64,000 nt of DNA from the human T2T-CHM13v2.0 reference genome, Homo sapiens. Below, in pieces: positions 43,401 to 56,080 of the stretch. Location of the stretch: NCBI RefSeq assembly GCF_009914755.1, contig NC_060933.1, one strand, 5' to 3'. The notes under the pieces are model-generated. The model was not told where the DNA came from. It saw only the letters and a list, made by a program, of their open reading frames with translations, and did not search any database. Position numbers and translations under genes: made by a program. Each line of letters begins with the position of its first letter. Positions within the stretch are counted from its first letter, which is position 1.

Positions 43401-45590
43401 TTCCATTCCATTCCATTCCATTCCATTCCAGTTCGTTCCATTCCATTCTATTCCGTACCATTCTATTCCATTCCATTCCTTTCCATTCCATTCCATTCCA
43501 CTCGTGGTGATTCCATTCCTTTCCATTCCATTCGGTTTGAAGGCATTCCATTCCATTCCATTCCATTCCATTCCATTCCCTTCCATTCCATTCCATTCCA
43601 TTCCATTGTACTCGAGTTGATTCCATTCCATTGCATTCAATTCCATTCCATTCCATTCCATTGTACTCGAGTTGATTCCATTCCATTGCATTCCATTCCA
43701 TTCCATTCCATTCCATTCCGTTGCATTCCATTCCATTACATTCGGATTGATTCTATTCAACTCCCTTACTCTCCATTACATTACATTCCATTCGGGTTGT
43801 TCCATTCCATTCCATTCCATTCCACTCCATTCCATTGCACTCGGGTTGATTCCATTCCATTCCATTCCATTCCATTCCATTCCATTCCGCGTGATTCCAT
43901 TCCATTGCATTCCGTTCCATTACATTCCCCTGCACTCGCGTTGTTTCCATTCCATTCCATTCCATTCAATTCCATTCCATTGCAATTCGTTCCATTCCAT
44001 TCTATTCCGTACCATTCCATTCCATTACATACCATTCCATTCCATTCCATTCCATTCCGTTCCGTTCTGTTCCTTTCCATTCCATTCCATTCTATTCGGA
44101 TTAATTCCATTCCATTCCATTCCATTCCATTCTATTCCATTCCATTGCAATCGAGATGAATCCATTGCATTTCATTCCATTCCATTCCATTCCATTCCAT
44201 TCCGGAAGTTTCCATTCCATTGCATTCCATTCCATTCCATTCCCCTGCACTCGCGTTGATTCCATTCCATTCCATTCCATTCCATTCCATTCCGTTCCGT
44301 TCAATTCCATTCCATTCCATTCCATTCCCCTGCACTCGCGTTGATTCCATTCCATTCCATTCCATTCCATTCCATTCCGTTCCGTTCAATTCCATTCCAT
44401 TCCATTCCATTCCATTCCATTCCATTCCGTTCCATTCCATTCCATTCCATTCCATTCTATTCGGGTTAATTCCATTCCATTCCATTCGATTGCAATCGAG
44501 TTGATTCCATTCCATTCCATTCCATTCCATTCCATTCCATTCCATTCCATTCCATTCCATTCTATTCCGTACCATTCTATTCCATCCCATTCCATTCCGT
44601 TCCATTCCATGCCATTACACTCGGGTTGAATCCATTCCTTTCCATTCCATTCTTGTTGAATCCATTCCATTCCAGTCCATTCCATTCGAATCCATTCCAT
44701 TGCACTCGGGTTGATTCCATTCCATTCCATTCCATTCCAGTCCTTTCCATTCCATTCCACTCGGGTTGATTCCATTCTATTAGTTTCCATTCCATTCCAT
44801 TCTCTTCCATTCCACTCTGGGTGATTCCATTCCTTTCCATTCCACTCGAATACATTCCCTCCTATTCCACTCGGAACGATTCCATTCCATTCCATTCCAT
44901 TCCATTCCATTCCATTCCATTCCATTCCATTCCATTCCATTTCGTTCCATTACATTCTATTCCGTATCATTCCATTGCATTCCATTCCATTCCATTCCAT
45001 TCCATTCCACTCGTGTTGATTCCATTCCTTTCCATTCCATTCGCTTTGAAGGCATTCCATTCCATTCCATTCCATTCCATTCCATTCCATTGTACTCGGG
45101 TTGATTCCATTCCATTGCATTCCATCCCATTCCATTCCATTCCAATCCGTTGCATTGCATTCCATTACATTCGGATTGATTCTATTCAACTCCCTTACTC
45201 TCCATTACATTCCATTCCATTCGGGTTGTTCCATTTCATTCCATTCCATTCCACTCCATTCCATTGCACTCGGGTTGATTCCATTCCTTTCCATTCCATT
45301 CCATTCCATTCCGGATGATTCCATTCCATTGCATTCCGTTCCATTACATTCCCCTGCACTCGCGTTGATTCCATTCCATTCCATTCCATTCCATTCCATT
45401 CCATGCCATTACAATTCGTTCCATTCCATTCTATTCCGTACCATTCCATTCCATTCCATACCATTCCATTCCATTCCATTCCATTCCATTCCATTCCATT
45501 CCATTCCATTTCGTTCCATTCCGTTCCATTCCATTCCATTCCATTCTATTCGGGTTAATTCCATTCCATTCCATTCCATTCCATTCCATT
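34316..45590 (+). repeat. Near-identical tandem duplication of a ~5.6 kb unit (~34316-39910 and ~39911-45590)
   Basis: Private variants are shared in order (ctggcagatt 34566/40161; gccctcggg 34991/40586; acaatgtagtt ~37578/43188; ccgcgtgat ~38272/43887). Many ORF translations are identical at offsets 5595-5615. Confidence 0.93.
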
Positions 45591-48529
45591 CCATTCCATT
45601 CCATTCCAATCTATTCCATTCCATTGCAATCGAGTTGAATCCATTGCATTTCATTCCATTCCATTCCATTCCATTCCATTGCAATCGAGTTGAATCCATT
45701 GCATTTCATTCCATTCCATTCCATTCCATTCCATTCCGGAAGATTCCATTCCATTGCATTCCATTCCATTCCATTCCCCTGCACTCGCGTTGATTCCATT
45801 CCATTCCATTCCATTCCATTCCATTCCATTCCGTTCCGTTCCGTTCCGTTCCGTTCCATTTCATTCCATTCCATTCCATTCCATTCCATTCCATTCCGTT
45901 CCGTTCCATTCCATTCCATTCCATTCTATTCGGGTTAATTCCATTCCATTCCATTCGATTGCAATGGAGTTGATTCCATTCCATTCCATTCCATTCCATT
46001 CCATTCCATTCCAATCGAGTTGATTCCATTCCATTCCATTCCATTCCATTCCACTCCATTCCAGTCCTTTCCATTCCATTCCACTCGGGTTGATTCCATT
46101 CTATTCCTTTCCATTCCATTCCATTCCATTGCAATCGAGTTGATTCCATTGCTTTGCATTCCATTCCATTCCATTCCATTCCGGATGATTCCATTCCATT
46201 GCATTCCATTCCATTCCATTTCCCTGCACTCGGGTTGATTCCATTCCATTCCACTCCATTCCCTTGCATTCCATTCCATTCCATTGTATTCGAGTTAATT
46301 CCATTCCATGCCATTTCATTCCATTCCATTCCATTCCATTCCATTATATTACAATCGAGTTGATCATTCCATTCCATTCCATTCCAGTCCTTTCCATTCC
46401 ATTCCACTCGGGTTGATTCCATTCTATTAGTTTCCATTCCATTCCATTCCCTTCCATTCCACTCTGGTTGATTCCATTCCTTTCCATTCCACTCGAATAC
46501 ATTCCCTCCTATTCCACTCGGAACGATTCCATTCCATTCCTTTCCATTCCATTCCATTCCATTCCATTCCATTTCCTTCCATTCCATACTATTCCGTACC
46601 ATTCCATTCCATTCCATTCCTTTCCATTCCATTCCATTCCATTCCACTCTTGTTGATTCCATTCCTTTCCATTCCATTCGGTTTGAAGGCATTCCATTCC
46701 ATTCCGTTCCATTCCATTCCATTCCATTCCATTCCATTCCATTGTACTCGGGTTGATTCCATTCCATTTCATTCCATTCCATTCCATTCCATTCCATTCC
46801 ATTCCGTTGCATTCCATTCCATTACATTCGGACTGATTCTATTCAACTCTCTTACTCTCCATTCCATTCCATTCCATTCGGGTTGTTCCATTCCATTCCA
46901 TTCCATTCCACTCCATTCCATTGCACTCGGGTTGATTCCATTCCATTCCATTCCATACCTTTCCATTCCATTCCATTCCGTTCCATTCCGTTCCATTCCA
47001 TTCCATTCCATTCCATTCCATTCCATTCCGTGCCATTCCATTCCATTACATTCGGATTGATTCTATTCAATTCCCTTACACTCCATTACATTCCATTCCA
47101 TTCGGGTAGTTTCCATTCCATTCCTCTCCATTCCATTGCACTCGGGTTGATTCCATTCCTTTCCATTCCATTCCGGAAGATTCCATTCCATTGCATTCCA
47201 TTACATTCCATTCCCCTGCACTCGCTTTGATTCCATTCCATTCCATTCCATTCCATTGCGTTCCATTGCATTCCATTGCATTCCATTCCCCTGCACTCAG
47301 GTTGATTCCATTCCATTCCATTCCATTCCATTCCATTCCATTCCATTCCATTCCATTCTATTCGCGTTAATTCCATTCCACTCCATTCCATTACATTCCA
47401 TTGCAATGGACTTGATTCCATTCCATTCCATTCCATTCCATTCAAGTCCTTTCCATTCCATTCCACTCGTGTTGATTCCATTTTATTAGTTTCCATTCCA
47501 TTCCATTCCCTTCCATTCCACTCTGGTTGATTCCATTCCTTTCCATTCCACTCGAATTCATTCCCTTCTATTCCACTCGGAATGATTCCATTCCATTCCG
47601 TTCCATTCCATTCCATTCCATTCCATTTCGTTCCATTCCATTTTATTCCGTACCATTCCATTCCATTCCATTCCATTCCATTCCATTCCATTCCATTCCA
47701 TGCCATTCCACTCGGGTTGATTCCATTGCTTTCCATTCCATTTGGGTTGAATCCATTCCATTCCATTCCATTCCATTCCATTCCATTCCATTCAATTGCA
47801 CTAGGTTTGATTCCATTCCACTGCATTCCATTCCATTCCATTCCATTCCATTCCATTCCCCTGCACTCGGGTTCATTCCATTCCATTCCATTTACTTCCA
47901 TTCCATTCCATTCCATTCTATTACATTCTATTCGGATTAATTCCATTCCATTCCATTCCATTCCATTCCATTCCATTCCATTCCATTCCATTGCAATCGA
48001 GTTGATTCCATTCCATTCCATTCCATTCCGGATGATTCCATTCCATTGCCTTCAATTCCATTCCATTCCCCTGCACTCGGGTTGATTCCATTCCATTCCA
48101 TTCCATTCCATTCCATTCCATTCCATTTCATTCCGTTCCATTCTATTCCATTCCATTCCATTCCATTCCATTCCATTCCATTCCATTCCATTGAAATCGA
48201 GTTGATTCCATTCCATTCCATTCCATTCCATTCCATTCCATTCCATTCTATTCGGGTTAATTCCATTCCATTCCATTCCATTCCATTCCATTCCATTCCA
48301 TTCCATTCCATTCCATTGCAATCGAGTTGATTCCATTCCATTCCATTCAATTCCGGATGATTCCATTCCATTGCCTTCAATTCCATTCCATTCCCCTGCA
48401 CTCGGGTTGATTCCATTCCATTCCATTCCATTTCATTCCATTCCATTTCGTTCCATTCCATTATATTCCGTACCATTCCATTCCATTCCTTTCCATACCA
48501 TTCCATTCCATTCCATTCCATTCCATTCC

Positions 48530-51500
48530 ATTCCATTTCATTCCATTCCATTTCGTTCCATTCCATTTTATTCTGTACTATTCCATTCCATTCCATTCTA
48601 TTCCATTCCATTCCATTGCATTCCATTCCACTCCATTCCATGCCATTCCACTCGGGTTGATTCCTTTCCCTTCCATTCCATTCGAGTTGAATCCATTCCA
48701 TTCCATTCCATTCCATTCCATTCCATTCCATTCCATTCCATTCCATTGCACACGGGTTCATTCCATTCCATTCCATTCCATTCCATTCCATTCTATTCCA
48801 TTCCATTTCGTTCCATTCCATTCTATTCTGTACCATTCCATTCCATTCAATTCCACTCCATTCCATGCCATTCCACTCGGGTTTATTCCATTTCTTTTCA
48901 TTCCATTCGGGTTGAATCCATTCCATTCCATTCCATTCCATTCCTTTCGATTCCATTACATTGCACTCGGGATGATTCCATTCCATTCCATTCCATCCTA
49001 TTCCATTCCATTCCATGACACTCCACTCGGGTTGATTCCATTCCTTTCCATTCCATTCGAGTTGAACCCATTCCATTCCATTCCACTCCATTCCATTCCA
49101 TTCCATTCCACTCTATTCCATTCCATTCCATTCCATTCCATTCCATTCCATTCCATTGCACACGATTTCATTCCACTCCATTCCATTCCATTCCATTCCA
49201 TTCCATTCCATTTCGCTCCATTCCATTCTATTCCGTACCATTCCATTCCATTCCATTCCATTCCATTCCATTCCATTCCATGCCATTCTACTCGGGTTGA
49301 TTCCATTCCTTTCCATTCCATTCGAGTTGAACTCATTCCATTCCATTCCATTCCATTCCATTCCATTCCATTCCATTGCACACGGGTTCATTTCATTCCA
49401 TTCCATTCCATTCCATTCCATTCCATTCCATTTCGTTCCATTCCATTCTATTCCATACCATTCCATTCCATTCCATTCCATTAGACTCCATTCCATGCCA
49501 TTCCACTCGGGTTTATTCCATTCCTTTCCATTCCATTCGGGTTGAATCCATTCCATTCCATTCCATTCCATTCCATTCGATTCCATTACATTGCACTCGT
49601 GTTGTTTCCATTCCATTCCATTCCATTCCATTCCATTCCATTCCATTCCATTCCATTCCATTCCATTCCATGCCATTCCACTCGGGTTGATTCCATTCCA
49701 TTCCATTCCATTCGAGTCGAACCCATTCCATTCCATTCCATTCCATTCCATTCCATTCCATTCCATTGCACACGGTTTCATTCCATTCCATTCCATTCCA
49801 TTCTATTCCATTTCGTTCCATTCCATTCTATTCCGTACCATTCCATTCCATTCCATTCCATTCCACTCCATTTCATTCCATTCCATGCCATTCCACTGGG
49901 GTTTATTACATTCCTTTCCATTCCATTCGGGTTGAATCCATTCCTTTCCATTCCATTCAGTTCAATTCCATTCCATTGCACTCGGGTTGATTCCATTCCA
50001 TTCCATGCCATTCCATTTCATTCCGTTCCATTCCATTCCATTACATTCGGATTGATTCTTTTTAATTCCCTTACACTCCATTACATTCCATTCCATTCGG
50101 GTAGTTTCCATTCCATTCGATTCCATTACACTCCATTGCATTGCACTCGGGTTGATTGATTCCATTCCATTGCATTCCATTCCATTCAATTCCATTCCGG
50201 GTGATTCCATTCCATTGCATTCCATTCCATTGCATTCCCCTGCACTCTGGTTGATTCCATTCCATTCCATTCCATTCCATTTCGTTCCATTCCATTTTAT
50301 TCTGTACTATTCCATTCCATTCCATTCTATTCCATTCCATTCCATTGCATTCCATTCCACTCCATTCCATGCCATTCCACTCGGGTTGATTCCTTTCCCT
50401 TCCATTCCATTCGAGTTGAATCCATTCCATTCCATTCCATTCCATTCCATTCCATTCCATTCCATTCCATTGCACACGGGTTCATTCCATTCCATTCCAT
50501 TCCATTCCATTCCATTCTATTCCATTCCATTTCGTTCCATTCCATTCTATTCTGTACCATTCCATTCCATTCAATTCCACTCCATTCCATGCCATTCCAC
50601 TCGGGTTTATTCCATTTCTTTTCATTCCATTCGGGTTGAATCCATTCCATTCCATTCCATTCCATTCCTTTCGATTCCATTACATTGCACTCGGGATGAT
50701 TCCATTCCATTCCATTCCATCCTATTCCATTCCATTCCATGACACTCCACTCGGGTTGATTCCATTCCTTTCCATTCCATTCGAGTTGAACCCATTCCAT
50801 TCCATTCCACTCCATTCCATTCCATTCCATTCCACTCTATTCCATTCCATTCCATTCCATTCCATTCCATTCCATTCCATTGCACACGATTTCATTCCAC
50901 TCCATTCCATTCCATTCCATTCCATTCCATTCCATTTCGCTCCATTCCATTCTATTCCGTACCATTCCATTCCATTCCATTCCATTCCATTCCATTCCAT
51001 TCCATGCCATTCTACTCGGGTTGATTCCATTCCTTTCCATTCCATTCGAGTTGAACTCATTCCATTCCATTCCATTCCATTCCATTCCATTCCATTCCAT
51101 TGCACACGGGTTCATTTCATTCCATTCCATTCCATTCCATTCCATTCCATTCCATTTCGTTCCATTCCATTCTATTCCATACCATTCCATTCCATTCCAT
51201 TCCATTAGACTCCATTCCATGCCATTCCACTCGGGTTTATTCCATTCCTTTCCATTCCATTCGGGTTGAATCCATTCCATTCCATTCCATTCCATTCCAT
51301 TCGATTCCATTACATTGCACTCGTGTTGTTTCCATTCCATTCCATTCCATTCCATTCCATTCAATGCCATTCCACTCGGGTTGATTCCATTCCATTCCAT
51401 TCCATTCGAGTCGAACCCATTCCATTCCATTCCATTCCATTCCATTCCATTCCATTCCATTCCATTGCACACGGTTTCATTCCATTCCATTCCATTCCAT

Positions 51501-51970
51501 TCTATTCCATTTCGTTCCATTCCATTCTATTCCGTACCATTCCATTCCATTCCATTCCATTCCACTCCATTTCATTCCATTCCATGCCATTCCACTGGGG
51601 TTTATTACATTCCTTTCCATTCCATTCGGGTTGAATCCATTCCTTTCCATTCCATTCAGTTCAATTCCATTCCATTGCACTCGGGTTGATTCCATTCCAT
51701 TCCATGCCATTCCATTTCATTCCGTTCCATTCCATTCCATTACATTCGGATTGATTCTTTTTAATTCCCTTACACTCCATTACATTCCATTCCATTCGGG
51801 TAGTTTCCATTCCATTCGATTCCATTACACTCCATTGCATTGCACTCGGGTTGATTGATTCCATTCCATTGCATTCCATTCCATTCAATTCCATTCCGGA
51901 TGATTCCATTCCATTGCATTCCATTCCATTGCATTCCCCTGCACTCTGGTTGATTCCATTCCATTCCATT
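48530..51970 (+). repeat. Tandem duplication of a ~1.72 kb unit (subtype A)
   Basis: Shared private variants (ttctgtactatt ~48571/50300; catgacactcc ~49014/50738; ttagactcc ~49481/51205; gagtcgaacc ~49714/51408). Offset falls from 1729 to 1699. ORFs 48898/50622 and 48998/50722 are identical. Confidence 0.92.
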
Positions 51971-52074
51971 CCATTCCATTCCGTTCCATTCCATTGCATT
52001 CCATTCCATTCCATTCCATTCCATTCTGTTCAGGTTAATTCCAATCCATTCCATTCCCTTCCATTCCATTCCAT

Positions 52075-55070
52075 TCCATTCCATTCCATTCCATTCCATT
52101 GCAATCTAGTTGATTCCATTGCATTCCATTCCATTCCATTGCATTCCATTGCATTCCATTCCCCTGCACTCAGGTTGATTCAATTCCATTCCATTCCATT
52201 CCATTCCATTCCATTCTATTCGGGTTAATTCCATTCCATTCCATTCCCTTACATTCCATAGCAATCGAGTTGATTCCATTCCATTCCATTCCATTCCATT
52301 CCATTCCATTCCATTCAAGTCCTTTCCATTCCATTCCACTCGTTTTCATTCCATTTTATTAGTTTCCATTGCATTCCATTCCCTTCCATTCCACTCTGGT
52401 TGATTCCATTCCTTTCCATTCCACTCGAATTCATTCCCTTCTATTCCACTCGGAATGATTGCATTCCATTCCATTCCATTCCATTCCATTCCATTCCATT
52501 CCATTTCGTTCCATTGCATTCTATTCCGTACCATTCCATTCCATTCCATTCCATGCCATTCCACTCGGGTTGATTCCATGGCTTTCCATTCCATTTGGGT
52601 TGAATCCATTCCATTCCATTCCATTCCATTCCATTCCATTCCATTCCATTCTATTCCATTGCACTAGGTTTGATTCCATTCCACTGCATTCCATTCCATT
52701 CCATTCCATTCCGTTCCATTCCATTCCATTCCATTACATTCGGATTGATTGTATTCAATTCCCTTACACTCCATTTCATTCCATTCCATTCAGGTTGTTT
52801 CCATTCCATTCCAATCCATTCCACTCCATTCCATTGCACTCGGGTTGATTGCATTCCATTCCATTCCATTCTATTCCATTTCCTTCCATTCCATTCTATT
52901 CGGTACCATTCCATTCCATTCCATTCCAATCCATTCCATTCCATGCCATTCCAGTTGGGTTGATTCCCTTCCTTTCCATTCCATTCGGGTTGAATCCATT
53001 CCATTCCATTCCATTCCATTCCATTCCATTGCACACGGGTTGGTTCCATTCCGTTCCTCTCCGTTCCGTTCCAGATGACTCCATTCCATTGCATTCCATT
53101 CCATTCCATTCCATTGCCCTGCACTCGGGTTCATTACCTTCCATTCCATTTACTTCCATTCCATTCCATTCCATTCTATTCGGGTTAATTCCATTCCATT
53201 CCATGCCATTCCATTCCATTCCATTCCATTCCATTGCAATCGAGTTGATTCCATTCCATTCCATTCAATTCCGGATGATTCCATTCCATTGCCTTCAATT
53301 TCATTCCATTCCCCTGCACTCGGGTTGATTCCATTCCATTCCATTCCATTCCGTTCCATTTCATTCCATTCCATTTCGTTCCTTTCCATTCTATTCCGTA
53401 CCATTCCATTCCATTCCATTCCATTCCATTCCATTCCATTCCATTCCATGCCATTCCACTCGGGTTGATTCCATTCCTTTCCATTCCATTCGACTTCAAT
53501 CCATTCCAATCCATTCCATTCCATTCGATTCCATTCTATTGCACACGGGTTCATTCCATTCCATTCCATTCCATTCCATTCCATTCCATTCCATTGCAAT
53601 CTAGTTGATTCCATTGCATTCCATTCCATTGCATTGCATTCCATTGCATTCCATTCCCCTGCACTCAGGTTGATTCCATTCCATTCCATTCCATTCCATT
53701 CCATTCTATTCGGGTTAATTCCATTCCATTCCATTCCCTTACATTCCATAGCAATCGAGTTGATTCCATTCCATTCCATTCCATTCCATTCCATTCCATT
53801 CCATTCCAGTCCTTTCCATTCCATTCCACTCGTTTTCATTCCATTTTATTAGTTTCCATTCCATTCCATTCCCTTCCATTCCACTCTGGTTGATTCCATT
53901 CCTTTCCATTCCACTCGAATTCATTCCCTTCTATTCCACTCGGAATGATTGCATTCCATTCCATTCCATTCCATTCCATTCCATTCCATTCCATTCCATT
54001 TCGTTCCATTGCATTCTATTCCGTACCATTCCATTCCATTCCATTCCATGCCATTCCACTCGGGTTGATTCCATGGCTTTCCATTCCATTTGGGTTGAAT
54101 CCATTCCATTCCATTCCATTCCATTCCATTCCATTCCATTCTATTCCATTGCACTAGGTTTGATTCCATTCCACTGCATTCCATTCCATTCCATTCCATT
54201 CCATTCCATTACATTCGGATTGATTGTATTCAATTCCCTTACACTCCATTTCATTCCATTCCATTCAGGTTGTTTCCATTCCATTCCAATCCATTCCACT
54301 CCATTCCATTGCACTCGGGTTGATTGCATTCCATTCCATTCCATTCTATTCCATTTCCTTCCATTCCATTCTATTCAGTACCATTCCATTCCATTCCATT
54401 CGAATCCATTCCATTCCATGCCATTCCACTTGGGTTGATTCCCTTCCTTTCCATTCCATTCGGGTTGAATCCATTCCATTCCATTCCATTCCATTCCATT
54501 CCTTTCCATTCCATTGCACACGGGTTGGTTCCATTCCGTTCCTCTCCTTTCCATTCCAGATGACTCCATTCCATTGCATTCCATTCCATTCCATTCCATT
54601 GCCCTGCACTCGGGTTCATTACCTTCCATTCCATTTACTTCCATTCCATTCCATTCCATTCTATTCGGGTTAATTCCATTCCATTCCATTCCATTCCATT
54701 CCATTCCATTCCATTCCATTGCAATCGAGTTGATTCCATTCCATTCCATTCAATTCCGGATGATTCCATTCCATTGCCTTCAATTCCATTCCATTCCCCT
54801 GCACTCGGGTTGATTCCATTCCATTCCATTCCATTCCGTTCCATTTCATTCCATTCCATTTCGTTCCTTTCCATTCTATTCCGTACCATTCCATTCCATT
54901 CCATTCCATTCCATTCCATTCCATTCCATGCCATTCCACTCGGGTTGATTCCATTCCTTTCCATTCCATTCGAGTTCAATCCATTCCAATCCATTCCATT
55001 CCATTCGATTCCATTCTATTGCACACGGGTTCATTCCATTCCATTCCATTCCATTCCATTCCATTCCATT
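52075..55070 (+). repeat. Tandem duplication of a ~1.48 kb unit (subtype A)
   Basis: Shared variants gcaatctagtt 52101/53596, ccatagcaatc ~52256/53746, ccatggctttcc ~52576/54071, ccagatgactcc 53071/54556 and gcacacgggtt 53541/55021. Offsets are 1475-1495. Confidence 0.9.
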
Positions 55071-55749
55071 CCATTTCCTTCTATTCCATTCTATTCCGTA
55101 CCATTCCATTCCATTCCATTCCACTCCATTCCATGCCATTCCACTCGGGTTTATTCCATTCCTTTCCATTCCATTCTGGTTGAATCCATTCCATTCCATT
55201 CCATTCCATTCGATTCCATTACATTGCACTCGGGTTGATTCCATTCCATTCCATTCCTTTACATTTCATTCCATTCCACTCCATTCCATGCCATTGCACG
55301 CGGGTTTATTCCATTCCTTTCCATTACATTCGTGTTGAATCCATTCCATTCCATTCCATTCCATTCGATTCCATTACACTGCACTCGGGTTGATTCCATT
55401 CCATTCCATTACATTACATTTCATTCCATTCCATTCCATTCCATTCCATTCCATTCCATTCCATTCCATGCCATTCCACTCGTGTTGATTCCATTCCTTT
55501 CCATTCCATTCGAGTTGAACCCATTCCATTCCATTCCATTGCACACGGGTTCATTCCATTCCATTCCATTCCATTCCGTTCCATTCCATTCCGTTCCATT
55601 CCATTCCATTCCATTCTGTTCAGGTTAATTCCATTCTATTCCTTTCCCTTCCATTCCATTCCATTCCATCCCATTGCAGTCGAGTTGATTCCATTGCATT
55701 CCATTCCATTACATTCCATTGCATTCCATTCCATTCCATTCCATTCCAT

Positions 55750-56080
55750 TCCATTACATTACATTCGGATTGATTCTATTCAATTCCCTTACACTCCATT
55801 ACATTACATTCCATTCGGGTAGTTTCCATTCCATTCCTCTCCATTCCATTGCACTCGGGTTGATTCCATTCCATTGTATTCCATTCCATTCCATTCCATT
55901 CCATTCCATTCCATTACATTACATTACATTCGGATTGATTCTATTCAATTCCCTTACACTCCATTACATTACATTCCATTCGGGTAGTTTCCATTCCATT
56001 CCTCTCCATTCCATTGCACTCGGGTTGATTCCATTCCATTGCATTCCATTCCATACCATTCAATTCCATTCCGTTCCATT
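55750..56080 (+). repeat. ~165 bp tandem duplication of the CGGATTGATT...CGGGTAGTTT module
   Basis: acattcggattgattctattcaattcccttacactccattacattacattccattcgggtagtttccattccattcctctcc occurs at 55761 and 55926. The duplication is also visible in ORF 55719. Confidence 0.85.
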
